In this document: positions 14,429-22,873 of the stretch, in pieces | How the letters are laid out: each line of letters opens with the position of its first letter | Numbering within the stretch: position 1 is the stretch's first letter | NCBI GenBank assembly: GCA_009377605.1 | Contig: WHTT01000020.1 | Location: 3,394 to 27,393, forward strand | Source: Luteitalea sp. | Lineage (GTDB): Bacteria; Acidobacteriota; Vicinamibacteria; Vicinamibacterales; Vicinamibacteraceae | DNA length: 24,000 bases | Reading direction: 5' to 3' | Notes under the pieces: generated by a model | Seen by the model: the letters and a program-made list of their open reading frames with translations, nothing else | Told to the model about the DNA's origin: nothing | Database searches by the model: none | Made by a program: the position numbers and the translations under genes

Positions 14429-15076
14429 CTAAGAGGCCTCGAGACCCGCAAGAATCTGCTCGACATACTGGGCCTCGGGCAGCGCTCCCAGAATCTCGCC
14501 ATGGCCGTTGACGATGGTCTTTGGCACACCTGTGACCTGATACTGCCGCACCAAGTCCGGGTAATCGACCGCGGAAATGGAAGACGCTCGGATGAGGGGG
14601 CTTTCGAGCGCGAGGCGGTTTGCCAGGGCGACCGCCCGGGGACAGTGAGGTCAGGTCGGCGTCGAGAAGACCTGTAAGTGGAGTGCCTCGGTGAGCCCAA
14701 CCAGCCGCTGCCGTGTCGTCGCCGAGAGCCCGGAATCGTTCGCGGACACGGCAAGGATGGCATCGAGCAGCGACACCAGCTCGTATCCTTCCGGCGCCCC
14801 GTAGAAGCGGACTCCGGGATCGGTCTCCCCAACAACGGCAACGGCCGGCGCGCGCTCGATGCCCATCGTCTCGGCCAGTCCTTTGTCGAGCAGCAGGTCG
14901 TGCTCGTCGACGGTCACCAACGGGCTGGCCGCCGCCAGGCCGTCGAGGATGCCCTTGGTTGCAGGGCAGCTTTCGCAGTCGAGGGACTGCGTGAAGAAGG
15001 TGAGGCGGACAGGCGACTGGAGCGATTGCAGCCGGTCGGCGAGGACTCGTGCATCCGGATCGGAAAAGTACGCCAC
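14429..15076 (-). CDS. Two-domain thioredoxin-fold protein disulfide oxidoreductase (PDO/glutaredoxin-like) with in-frame TGA 14653-14651 read as selenocysteine (UPHC motif)
   Basis: The track ORF 14651-15076 stops at ...LHLQVFSTPT-TGA. The same frame continues as PHCPRAVALANRLALESPLIRASSISAVDYPDLVRQYQVTGVPKTIVNGHGEILGALPEAQYVEQILAGLEAS and ends at TAG 14431-14429. The N-domain has CESC (aa 34-37). A SECIS-like hairpin lies 11 nt after the TGA. Confidence 0.75.
14623..14639 (-). promoter_or_regulatory. Candidate bacterial SECIS element (17-nt hairpin with a GGUC apical loop)
   Basis: The RNA reads 5'-CCGGGC GGUC GCCCUGG-3': a 6-bp stem, one bulged U and loop GGUC. The loop starts 18 nt after the UGA. 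In E. coli fdhF, as I recall it, the minimal SECIS is GGUUGCA GGUC UGCACC with the loop at +19. Confidence 0.6.
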
Positions 15077-15108
15077 TATGCTGAATCTTAAGCCAAGAGC
15101 GCATCGAT

Positions 15109-15137
15109 TTGACAGCTTGTGAATCTTTTCACATCAT
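15109..15137 (+). promoter_or_regulatory. Candidate sigma70-type promoter for the act operon (TTGACA-N17-CATCAT)
   Basis: A perfect -35 hexamer lies at 15109-15114. A 4/6 match to the -10 consensus lies at 15132-15137. The site is ~150 nt upstream of the actA ATG. Confidence 0.35.
15118..15133. promoter_or_regulatory. Perfect TGTGA-N6-TCACA palindrome (Crp/Fnr-family type binding-site candidate)
   Basis: TGTGA ATCTTT TCACA, read directly. It sits in the 211-bp divergent region between the selenoprotein operon (start 15076) and actA (15288), inside the spacer of the candidate promoter. Confidence 0.5.
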
Positions 15138-15287
15138 TATGCGTTGGAGTTTCGACGTCGCTGGCTTTCACTCCTTTGCTCTGGAACGACGAGGCCTAGG
15201 TGCGCGGGCTTTGTGGGTGTGCCACGTCGCGGCCTGTGACAGAATGACGCCCGGACGATTGCCGGCAGCCGGCCGGCTCACGAGACC

Positions 15288-15947
15288 ATGAGCCAAATCT
15301 TTCCGAAGAGTGCGAACGCGTGGGCCCGGTTCTCACTGTTCGGCTTGCTGCTGCTCATCGTCCTAGGGGCGTGGGCGATTCTCCTTCTGCAGCGGTCGGA
15401 CTTCGTCACAGCGGCCCGAGCCAACGTGCAGCAGCCGATTCAGTTCAGCCATCTTCACCACGTCGGCGGCGAGGGATTCGACTGCCGCTACTGTCACACA
15501 TCGGTGGAGAAATCGGCATTTGCCGACATCCCGTCGACCAAGATCTGTATGAATTGCCATTCGCAGATCTGGCTGGAGAGCCCATATCTGGAGCCTGTGC
15601 GCGAGAGCTTCAAGACCGGGCAGTCGATCGAGTGGATTCGCGTGCACGACTTGCCCGACTTCGTCTATTTCAACCACAGCATCCACGTGAACAAAGGCGT
15701 TGGTTGTGAGACCTGCCATGGCCGCGTCGACGAGATGCCCGCCATGCAACAGGTGGCCTCGCTACAGATGGAGTGGTGCTTGGATTGCCACCGCCGGCCG
15801 GAGCAATATCTCCGGCCCCGCAGCCAAGTCACCGTGATGGGTTACGAGCCGGAAGGCGACCAGCTCGAGATCGGTCGGCGCTTGAAGCAGGAGTACAAGG
15901 TGCTGGATGCGCAGACGCTGACGTCCTGCTCGACGTGCCATCGGTAA
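15288..15947 (+). CDS. actA: Alternative Complex III subunit ActA, membrane-anchored pentaheme cytochrome c
   Basis: Has an N-terminal TM helix and five CxxCH motifs (CRYCH, CMNCH, CETCH, CLDCH, CSTCH). It is first in an actABCDEF-ordered cluster. Confidence 0.9.
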   Translation: MSQIFPKSANAWARFSLFGLLLLIVLGAWAILLLQRSDFVTAARANVQQPIQFSHLHHVGGEGFDCRYCHTSVEKSAFADIPSTKICMNCHSQIWLESPYLEPVRESFKTGQSIEWIRVHDLPDFVYFNHSIHVNKGVGCETCHGRVDEMPAMQQVASLQMEWCLDCHRRPEQYLRPRSQVTVMGYEPEGDQLEIGRRLKQEYKVLDAQTLTSCSTCHR

Positions 15948-15968
15948 CAAGTTCTTGAAGCGAGAACG

Positions 15969-18900
15969 ATGTCCAACCTCGATCCATCGGCCCTCCGGGC
16001 CCGGCTCGCCTCGACCGACGGTCCCACGTATTGGCGCAGTCTCGAAGAGCTCGCTGAGACCGAGGAGTTCCGGCGGCATCTCCAGCGTGAGTTCCCGGCC
16101 ACGGCGGCCGAGCTGAGCGACCCGCAAGGGCGGCGGACGTTCCTCAAGTTGATGGGGGCGTCGATGGCGCTTGCTGGTGTGACTGCGTGCACGCGCCAGC
16201 CCGCTGAGAAGATCATTCCGTATGTGAATGCGCCCGAAGAGCTCGTGCCCGGCAAGCCGTTGTTCTACGCGACGGCGCTGCCGCACGGCGGCTTCGCGAC
16301 ACCCGTCCTGGTGGAGAGCCACGAGGGGCGGCCCACGAAGGTCGAGCCCAACCGGGATCACCCGGCCACGCGCGGCGGGACGGACGTCTTTGCGCAGGGC
16401 TCCATCCTCACGCTCTACGACCCCGACCGATCGCGCGCCATCAAGGAATACGGTGAGATTCGCTCGTGGGATGTGTTCGTGTCGCGGATGCAGACGGCAA
16501 TCGCGGCGCAGAAGGCGGCGCAGGGGAGCGGGTTCCGCTTGCTGACCGAGTCCGTCACGTCGCCGACGCTCGGAAGGCAAATCGAGGAGCTGCTCAAGAC
16601 GCTGCCGGGCGCGAAGTGGGTGCAGTACGACGCCGTCTCGCGCGACAACGCTCGCGCCGGTGCCCGGGCAGTGTTCGGCCGTGACGTCGAGACACGCTAT
16701 CGACTCGAGCAGGCGGACATGATCCTGTCGCTCGACGCGGACTTCATCGAGGAGGGGCCCGGGCGCCTTGCCTACGCGCGGGCGTTCACCGATCGGCGAC
16801 GGTTGATCGACGGCCAGACGGACATGAACCGCTTGTACGTCGTGGAGAGCCGGCTGACCAACACCGGCGCCAAGGCGGATCATCGGTTGGCGGTGCGTGC
16901 GTCGGACGTCGAGCACGTGGCGCGGGCGGTCGCGGCGACGCTCGGTGTCGCTGGCGTGGCCGCATCGGCGTTGCCGAGCGGTGTAGAGGAGCCATGGGTC
17001 GTCGCGCTGGCGCGTGATCTCTCCGCGCACCGCGGGCGCTCGGTCGTCGTGGCCGGCGACCATCAACCGGCGGTCGTCCACCAACTCGCCCACGTCATGA
17101 ACGCGGCGCTCGGCAACGTGGGGCAGACCGTGGAGTACACGGCAGCGGTGGAGATGCGCCCGCAGATCCAGGTCGAGGCGCTGCGTGAGCTCGCCGGAGA
17201 AATGGCCGCCGGCACGGTGGAGGTGCTGGTCATGATCGGCGTCAATCCCGTCTACACGGCGCCCGTCGACCTCCAGTTCGGGGAGCGGCTGAAGAAGGTC
17301 CCGGTAGCCGTGCACGTGGGGCTGTTCGAGGACGAAACGGCGCCGTACTGTCGGTGGCACGTGCCGGAGGCGCACCCGCTCGAGGCGTGGAGTGATCTGC
17401 GGGCTTTCGACGGGAGTGTGACCATCTGTCAGCCGCTCATCGCGCCGCTCTACGAGAACAACAAGTCGGCCCACGAAGTGGTGGTTGCCTTCACGAGCAA
17501 CCCGACGCAAGGAGGGGCGGAGATCGTCAAGGCGTTCTGGCAGGCGGAGGTCACGACCCCGTCGGGTCGGTTCGGCAGCCTCACCAACGTCGATGGCCAG
17601 CCCTTTCCCAGCTTCGACGCTTTCTGGCGCCAGGCGCTCCATGACGGATTCGTTGTCGGGAGCGCCCTGCCGGCCGCGGAGGTGACGACCTCCGGACCGG
17701 TGCCGCCCCCCTCACGTCCAGGGAACACCTCGGCCGTCGAGATCACCTTCAGCGCGGATCCAACCGTGTACGACGGGCGCTTCGCGAACAACGGCTGGTT
17801 GCAAGAGTGCCCCAAGCCATTCAGTAAAGTGGTTTGGGACAACATCGTCGTCATGAGCCCTGCGATGCGGGAGCGATTGGGGCTCCCAAGGCCGGACGTG
17901 CTCGAGCAGTGGGCGCCGTTGGTGACCGTGAGATGGAAGGGGCGGGAGATCACTGGTCCGGTTCGCGAGCAGCCGGGCCATCCGGATCATTCGATCAATG
18001 TGCAGCTCGGATACGGACGCACGCGCGCGGGCCAGGTCGGGAACGGTGTCGGCTACAACGCGTATCGCATTCGCACTGCCGACGAGCCCTGGTTCGGGAC
18101 GGGCGCGGAGATCGACTCGACGGGGGAGTCGTATCGCCTCGCGGCCACGCAGATGCACTTCCAGATGGAAGGGCGCAATCTCGTGCGCGGCACGTCGCTG
18201 ACGCAGTATCAAGGAGATCCGGCGGTCGCCCAGCACCTCGAGCACGTGCCGCCGTACGAGGAGACGCTGCACGGTAACGAGTGGAAGTACGACGAGGGCT
18301 ACGCCTGGGGCATGGCCATCGACCTCAACGCGTGCACCGGGTGCAACGCGTGCGTGGTCGCCTGCGTGGCGGAGAACAACATCTCCGTTGTCGGCAAGCA
18401 CGAGGTGGTCATGGGCCGCGAGATGCACTGGATTCGGATCGACAACTACTACGAGGGCAGTCCGGACGGCCCGCACGCGGTCGAGACGCAGCCCGTGCTG
18501 TGCATGCAGTGTGAGAACGCGCCCTGCGAGGTGGTGTGCCCCGTGGCGGCGACGACGCATAGCAGCGAAGGCCTCAACGACATGGTCTACAACCGCTGCG
18601 TGGGCACGCGGTACTGCAGCAACAACTGCCCGTACAAGGTGCGGCGGTTCAATTTCTATCTCTACTCGGACTGGAACACGCCGACGCTCAAGATGGCGCG
18701 GAATCCCGACGTCACGGTGCGCAGCCGCGGTGTGATGGAGAAATGCACCTATTGCGTGCAGCGTATCAACGCCGGGAAGATCCAGGCAGAGCTCGAGGAT
18801 CGTGTCGTGCGCGATGGCGAGATCGTCACCGCCTGCGAGTCCGCCTGCCCGACGCGCGCCATTACGTTCGGCAACATCAACGATCCCGAGAGCCGCGTGG

Positions 18901-19043
18901 CCAAGCTCAAAAAGGAGCCGCGAAACTACGGGCTCCTGGAGGATCTGAACACGCGGCCGCGGACCACGTATCTCGCGGTGGTACGGAATCCGAATCCGGA
19001 GCTGGCGCCGGAGGAAGAGCCGGCTGCGGGGCACCATGGATAG
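15969..19043 (+). CDS. actB: Alternative Complex III subunit ActB (molybdopterin-oxidoreductase-like domain fused to a 4-cluster FeS domain), with Tat motif
   Basis: 1024 aa. YWRSLEELAETEEFRRHLQREFP is followed by RRTFLKLMGASMALAG. C-terminal ferredoxin-type motifs are CTGCNACVVAC, CMQCENAPCEVVCP, CVGTRYCSNNCPYKVRRFN and CTYCVQR...ACESACP. Confidence 0.92.
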   Translation: MSNLDPSALRARLASTDGPTYWRSLEELAETEEFRRHLQREFPATAAELSDPQGRRTFLKLMGASMALAGVTACTRQPAEKIIPYVNAPEELVPGKPLFYATALPHGGFATPVLVESHEGRPTKVEPNRDHPATRGGTDVFAQGSILTLYDPDRSRAIKEYGEIRSWDVFVSRMQTAIAAQKAAQGSGFRLLTESVTSPTLGRQIEELLKTLPGAKWVQYDAVSRDNARAGARAVFGRDVETRYRLEQADMILSLDADFIEEGPGRLAYARAFTDRRRLIDGQTDMNRLYVVESRLTNTGAKADHRLAVRASDVEHVARAVAATLGVAGVAASALPSGVEEPWVVALARDLSAHRGRSVVVAGDHQPAVVHQLAHVMNAALGNVGQTVEYTAAVEMRPQIQVEALRELAGEMAAGTVEVLVMIGVNPVYTAPVDLQFGERLKKVPVAVHVGLFEDETAPYCRWHVPEAHPLEAWSDLRAFDGSVTICQPLIAPLYENNKSAHEVVVAFTSNPTQGGAEIVKAFWQAEVTTPSGRFGSLTNVDGQPFPSFDAFWRQALHDGFVVGSALPAAEVTTSGPVPPPSRPGNTSAVEITFSADPTVYDGRFANNGWLQECPKPFSKVVWDNIVVMSPAMRERLGLPRPDVLEQWAPLVTVRWKGREITGPVREQPGHPDHSINVQLGYGRTRAGQVGNGVGYNAYRIRTADEPWFGTGAEIDSTGESYRLAATQMHFQMEGRNLVRGTSLTQYQGDPAVAQHLEHVPPYEETLHGNEWKYDEGYAWGMAIDLNACTGCNACVVACVAENNISVVGKHEVVMGREMHWIRIDNYYEGSPDGPHAVETQPVLCMQCENAPCEVVCPVAATTHSSEGLNDMVYNRCVGTRYCSNNCPYKVRRFNFYLYSDWNTPTLKMARNPDVTVRSRGVMEKCTYCVQRINAGKIQAELEDRVVRDGEIVTACESACPTRAITFGNINDPESRVAKLKKEPRNYGLLEDLNTRPRTTYLAVVRNPNPELAPEEEPAAGHHG

Positions 19044-19070
19044 GCGAGGACCTGCTGACGAGGTCGAACC

Positions 19071-20459
19071 TTGCTAGAGAAAGCAAAGCACTTCGATCCC
19101 CCCGAGACGCGCTTCATCGCGCCGGGGCATACGTTTGGCAGCATCACCGAGAAGATCACGTCGGCGGTCTTGACCAAGCGAACGCCGATCAGCTGGTTCA
19201 TCGGCTTCGCGGTCGGCTTCGGGTTGCTGCAGGCGCTGATGTTGGGGGCGACCTGGCTCTTGATGCGCGGCGTCGGGCTGTGGGGGATCAATCAACCGGC
19301 GGGCTGGGGCTTTGCCATCATCAACTTCGTCTGGTGGATTGGCATCGGCCACGCGGGCACGCTCATCTCGGCGATCCTGCTCCTCTTCAACCAGAAGTGG
19401 CGGATGTCCATCAGTCGCGCCGCCGAAGCCATGACGATCTTCGCGGTGATGTGCGCAGGGCTGTTCCCCATCTTGCACACCGGCCGCCCATGGCTTGCCG
19501 CCTACTGGCTGTTTCCATACCCGAACGCCATGTCCCTGTGGCCGAACTTCCGCAGTCCGCTCATCTGGGACGTGTTCGCGGTGTCGACGTATTTCACGGT
19601 CTCGCTGGTGTTCTGGTACACAGGCCTCATTCCAGACCTGGCCTCTCTGCGTGATCGCACGAAGCATCGCCTCTTGCAACTGTTCTACGGGGTGCTCTCG
19701 CTGGGCTGGCGCGGGTCGGCGCGCGACTGGCAGCGCTATGAGCTCGCATCGCTCCTCTTGGCTGGCCTTTCGACGCCGCTGGTCCTCTCCGTGCACACCG
19801 TGGTGAGCTTCGACTTCGCGACCAGCCTCATCCCGGGCTGGCACGCGACGATCTTTCCGCCGTATTTCGTTGCGGGCGCCATCTACGCAGGCTTTGCGAT
19901 GGTGCTGACGCTGATGATTCCCTTGCGGCGCATTTACGGCTTCGAGGACTTCGTCACCATTCGGCACCTCGACAACATGGCGAAGGTCATGTTGGCCACC
20001 GGGCTGATCGTGTTCTACGGCTATCAGATGGAGGCGTTCTTCGCTTGGTACAGCGCCAACCCGTACGAGTGGTTCATGATGACGAACCGGTGGACGGGTC
20101 CCTATGCATACCTGTACTGGACGCTGATCTTCTGCAACGGCGTGGCGCCGCAGGCGCTGTGGTTCAAGAGGTTTCGCACGAAGCCGCTTCGGCTGTTCGG
20201 CATTTGTATGTTCGTCAACGTCGGCATGTGGCTCGAGCGCTTCATCATCGTGCCGACCAGCCTCAGTCGAGACTTCCTGCCCTCCTCGTGGGGCATGTAT
20301 CACGGCACGGTGTGGGACTGGATGATCTTTGTCGGCACGATGGGCTTGTTCCTGACCTGCTTCTATCTGTTCATTCGCGTGCTGCCGATGCTGTCCATCT
20401 TCGAGATGCGCACGCTGTCGCCGGCGGCGACGCCGAAAGAGGAGTCCAGCCATGTCTGA
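19071..20459 (+). CDS. actC: Alternative Complex III subunit ActC (NrfD/PsrC-like integral membrane quinol-binding subunit)
   Basis: 462 aa and polytopic, with NrfD-like motifs (WGxxIxxFVWWIGIGHAGTLISA). The TTG start at 19071 has GAGG 7 nt upstream. Confidence 0.9.
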   Translation: MLEKAKHFDPPETRFIAPGHTFGSITEKITSAVLTKRTPISWFIGFAVGFGLLQALMLGATWLLMRGVGLWGINQPAGWGFAIINFVWWIGIGHAGTLISAILLLFNQKWRMSISRAAEAMTIFAVMCAGLFPILHTGRPWLAAYWLFPYPNAMSLWPNFRSPLIWDVFAVSTYFTVSLVFWYTGLIPDLASLRDRTKHRLLQLFYGVLSLGWRGSARDWQRYELASLLLAGLSTPLVLSVHTVVSFDFATSLIPGWHATIFPPYFVAGAIYAGFAMVLTLMIPLRRIYGFEDFVTIRHLDNMAKVMLATGLIVFYGYQMEAFFAWYSANPYEWFMMTNRWTGPYAYLYWTLIFCNGVAPQALWFKRFRTKPLRLFGICMFVNVGMWLERFIIVPTSLSRDFLPSSWGMYHGTVWDWMIFVGTMGLFLTCFYLFIRVLPMLSIFEMRTLSPAATPKEESSHV

Positions 20460-21018
20460 GGACGCCACGCGCGCGGCGGAGACGGGGGCGTCACTCTACG
20501 GCCTGATCGCGGAGTTCGAGACGGTCGACAAGCTGCTGGCGGCCGCACGGCGCGTGCACACGGAGGGCTTCCGCAAGATCGACGCCTACACGCCTGCGCC
20601 GGTCCATGGGCTGGCCGAGGCGATGGGCTACAACGATCGACGGCTCTCGCCGCTCACGTTGGCCGGCGGAGTCGCCGGCATGCTGGCCGGCTTCATGCTG
20701 TGTTACTGGACGTCGGTCATCGATTACCCGATCAACACCGGCGGGCGGCCGCTCAACAGTTGGCCTGCGTTCATCGTGCCGACGTTCGAGACGACAATCC
20801 TGTTTGCCGCACTGAGCTGCTTCGTTGGCCTGATCGTGCTCTGCGGATTTCCGCAGCCGTACCATCCGGTCTTCAACGTGCCGGCGGTGCGGGAGCGCGC
20901 CACGAGCAGCGGCATGTTTCTGGCGATCGAGGCGGAGGATCCACGATTCGATCGCACGGCCACGCGGCAGTTGCTCGAGACCGCAGGTGCGAAGGACGTG
21001 TATGAAGTCGAGGCGTGA
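20452..21018 (+). CDS. actD: Alternative Complex III subunit ActD (DUF3341-type membrane protein)
   Basis: 188 aa. Starts YGLIAEFETVDKLLAAARRVHTEGFRKIDAYTP and has two TM helices. The ATG overlaps the actC stop by 8 nt. Confidence 0.88.
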   Translation: MSEDATRAAETGASLYGLIAEFETVDKLLAAARRVHTEGFRKIDAYTPAPVHGLAEAMGYNDRRLSPLTLAGGVAGMLAGFMLCYWTSVIDYPINTGGRPLNSWPAFIVPTFETTILFAALSCFVGLIVLCGFPQPYHPVFNVPAVRERATSSGMFLAIEAEDPRFDRTATRQLLETAGAKDVYEVEA

Positions 21019-21021
21019 TCT

Positions 21022-21699
21022 GTGTCTACCTGTGTCCATCTACGGATCAACCCATTTGTGCTCATGCGTCGACGACTGTTGATGGGCGCCGTGCTCGTCG
21101 CTGTGGTCGTGGGCGGCGTGGCCTGTCGACAGGATATGCACGACACGCCGCGCTTCGAGCCACTCGAGGAGAGCGACTTCTTCTCGGACAAGCGCTCGGC
21201 GCGCCCCCTGCCGGAGGGGACCGTCGCGCGCGGCGAGCTGCGGGCCGACGAGGCCTTTTACACCGGAAAGGTGAACAATCAACCAGTGGCCGAGCTGCCC
21301 ATGCCTCTGACGCGCGACCTCGTGGAACGCGGGCGCGAGCGCTTCGATATCTATTGCTCGCCGTGCCACGGGCACACAGGTGAGGGACAAGGGATGGTCG
21401 TCAGGCGCGGCTTCAAGGAGGCGGCATCGTTTCACGACCCGCGGTTGCGCGGCATGCCCGTGGGCTACTTCGTGGATGTGATGACCAATGGGTTCGGCCA
21501 GATGCCGGACTACAGAACGCAGGTCACCCCGCGCGATCGTTGGGCGATTGCCGCGTATATCCGCGCGCTGCAGTTGAGCCGCAGCGCCACCGCCGATGAC
21601 GTGCCCGCCGAAGAGCGGCAAAAGCTGGAGACCGGCCAGGCCCCCGATGCTTCCAGCTCGTCGCACCAGGCGGAGGAGGAACCGACCTCCCATGAGTGA
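21022..21699 (+). CDS. actE: Alternative Complex III subunit ActE, monoheme cytochrome c
   Basis: Has a single CSPCH motif and a downstream Met ligand region (GFGQMPDY). The start is GTG 21022 (GAGG 8 nt upstream) or ATG 21064, which gives MRRRLLMGAVLVAVVVGGVAC, a possible lipoprotein signal. Confidence 0.85.
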   Translation: MSTCVHLRINPFVLMRRRLLMGAVLVAVVVGGVACRQDMHDTPRFEPLEESDFFSDKRSARPLPEGTVARGELRADEAFYTGKVNNQPVAELPMPLTRDLVERGRERFDIYCSPCHGHTGEGQGMVVRRGFKEAASFHDPRLRGMPVGYFVDVMTNGFGQMPDYRTQVTPRDRWAIAAYIRALQLSRSATADDVPAEERQKLETGQAPDASSSSHQAEEEPTSHE

Positions 21700-22873
21700 G
21701 ATTCGCCCGGAGTCGTTCCAGGTTCCACCCGGCGTCGACCGCATCCAGCGCGCGGCACTCGGGCTCGGCGTCGTCGGCCTGTTGCTGACGATCGTTGGTG
21801 CGTTCGTCGACACGGAGCAGTTCTACCGTTCGTATCTGCTCGGCTATATCTTCACGCTCGGCGTTCCGATGGGCTGCCTCGCCCTGCTGATGATCCAACA
21901 TCTCACAGGCGGCGGCTGGGCCGTCTCGACGCGGCGCACGCTCGAGGCGGCCGCGCGGACCATCCCCTTCATGGCGTTGCTCTTCGTGCCGATCGCGTTC
22001 GGGCTATCGCACCTCTATGAATGGACGCACGCCGAGCTCGTGGCGACCGACAGGGTCCTGCAGTGGAAGGCGCCGTATTTGAACGCACCGTTCTTTCTCG
22101 TTCGCGCGGCGATCTATTTCGCCGTGTGGACCGCCATCGCGCTGCTGCTGAGCAAATGGTCGCGCGAGCAGGATACGACCGGCCGCGACGACGTGCGGCT
22201 GCGCATGGTGAGTGGGCCCGGTATCCTCGTCTTTGGGCTAACGATCACCTTGGCCTCGGTCGATTGGGTGATGTCGCTCGATCCTCATTGGTACTCGACG
22301 ATCTTCGGGCTCCTCTTCATGGTGAGCGAAGGCCTGTCCGCGCTGGCCTTCGTCATCCTCATGACGTTCTTCTTGAGCCGTACGCCCGAGATGAGCCGTG
22401 TGCTCACGCCGAAGAAGTTCCACGATCTCGGCAAGCTGCTGCTTGCCTTCGTGATGCTCTACGCGTATCTGGGCTTCTCCCAATTCCTGCTGATCTGGTC
22501 GGCGAACCTGCCGGAAGAAGTCGGCTACTATCTCATTCGGGCGCGCGAGCGTTGGCAGTGGCTCAGCCTGCTCGTGATTGTCGGGCACTTCGCCTTCCCG
22601 TTCTGTCTGCTGCTGCTGCGCGATCTCAAGCGTCACGCGAGCCGCCTCGCTCTGCTGGCCATCATCATCCTCGCGATGCGCTTCCTCGAGACCTTTTGGC
22701 TCGTGGTCCCCAACTTTGGTGATCCGGCCACGTTGCATTGGCTGGATGTCACGACCGCCGTCGGTATCGTGGGCTTGTGGCTCGGGGCATTCTGCTGGAA
22801 CCTGAAGGGACGCGCGCTCTTGCCGGTCGGCGATCCGTACCTGGAGGAGGCTTTGGCCGATGGCCACCACTGA
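21692..22873 (+). CDS. actF: Alternative Complex III subunit ActF (second NrfD-like membrane subunit)
   Basis: ATG 21692 (MSEIRPESFQVPPGVDRIQ...) has GGAGGAGGA ~11 nt upstream and overlaps the actE stop (ATGAGTGA). The protein is polytopic. The track start 21596 is an Arg-rich extension inside actE and is rejected. Confidence 0.88.
   Translation: MSEIRPESFQVPPGVDRIQRAALGLGVVGLLLTIVGAFVDTEQFYRSYLLGYIFTLGVPMGCLALLMIQHLTGGGWAVSTRRTLEAAARTIPFMALLFVPIAFGLSHLYEWTHAELVATDRVLQWKAPYLNAPFFLVRAAIYFAVWTAIALLLSKWSREQDTTGRDDVRLRMVSGPGILVFGLTITLASVDWVMSLDPHWYSTIFGLLFMVSEGLSALAFVILMTFFLSRTPEMSRVLTPKKFHDLGKLLLAFVMLYAYLGFSQFLLIWSANLPEEVGYYLIRARERWQWLSLLVIVGHFAFPFCLLLLRDLKRHASRLALLAIIILAMRFLETFWLVVPNFGDPATLHWLDVTTAVGIVGLWLGAFCWNLKGRALLPVGDPYLEEALADGHH

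Noticed and set aside
14651-14653. TGA as a simple nonsense mutation (TGY to TGA) making the oxidoreductase a pseudogene
   Set aside because: This is not fully excluded. It is disfavoured because the downstream 73 codons are intact with canonical fold motifs, and a GGUC-loop hairpin sits at SECIS spacing. It is kept as the refutation criterion for the selenoprotein finding.
14413-14841. 142-aa minus-strand ORF overlapping the selenoprotein region
   Set aside because: It is out of frame with the thioredoxin-fold reading frame. It is Arg/Ser/Pro-rich with no recognisable motif. The alternative frame gives coherent Trx-fold sequence on both sides of the TGA.
15762-17642. 626-aa minus-strand ORF antisense to actB (and likewise 17712-19037, 19074-20468 and 21040-21813 antisense to actB/C/E)
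   Set aside because: These are typical long antisense ORFs of high-GC DNA. They have Arg/His/Pro-rich composition and no motifs, while the sense strand encodes clearly recognisable ACIII subunits.
21596-21691. Upstream extension of actF in the track ORF (MTCPPKSGKSWRPARPP...)
   Set aside because: The extension lies inside actE and is Arg-rich. ATG 21692 has a strong GGAGGAGGA ribosome-binding site and the typical stop/start overlap.
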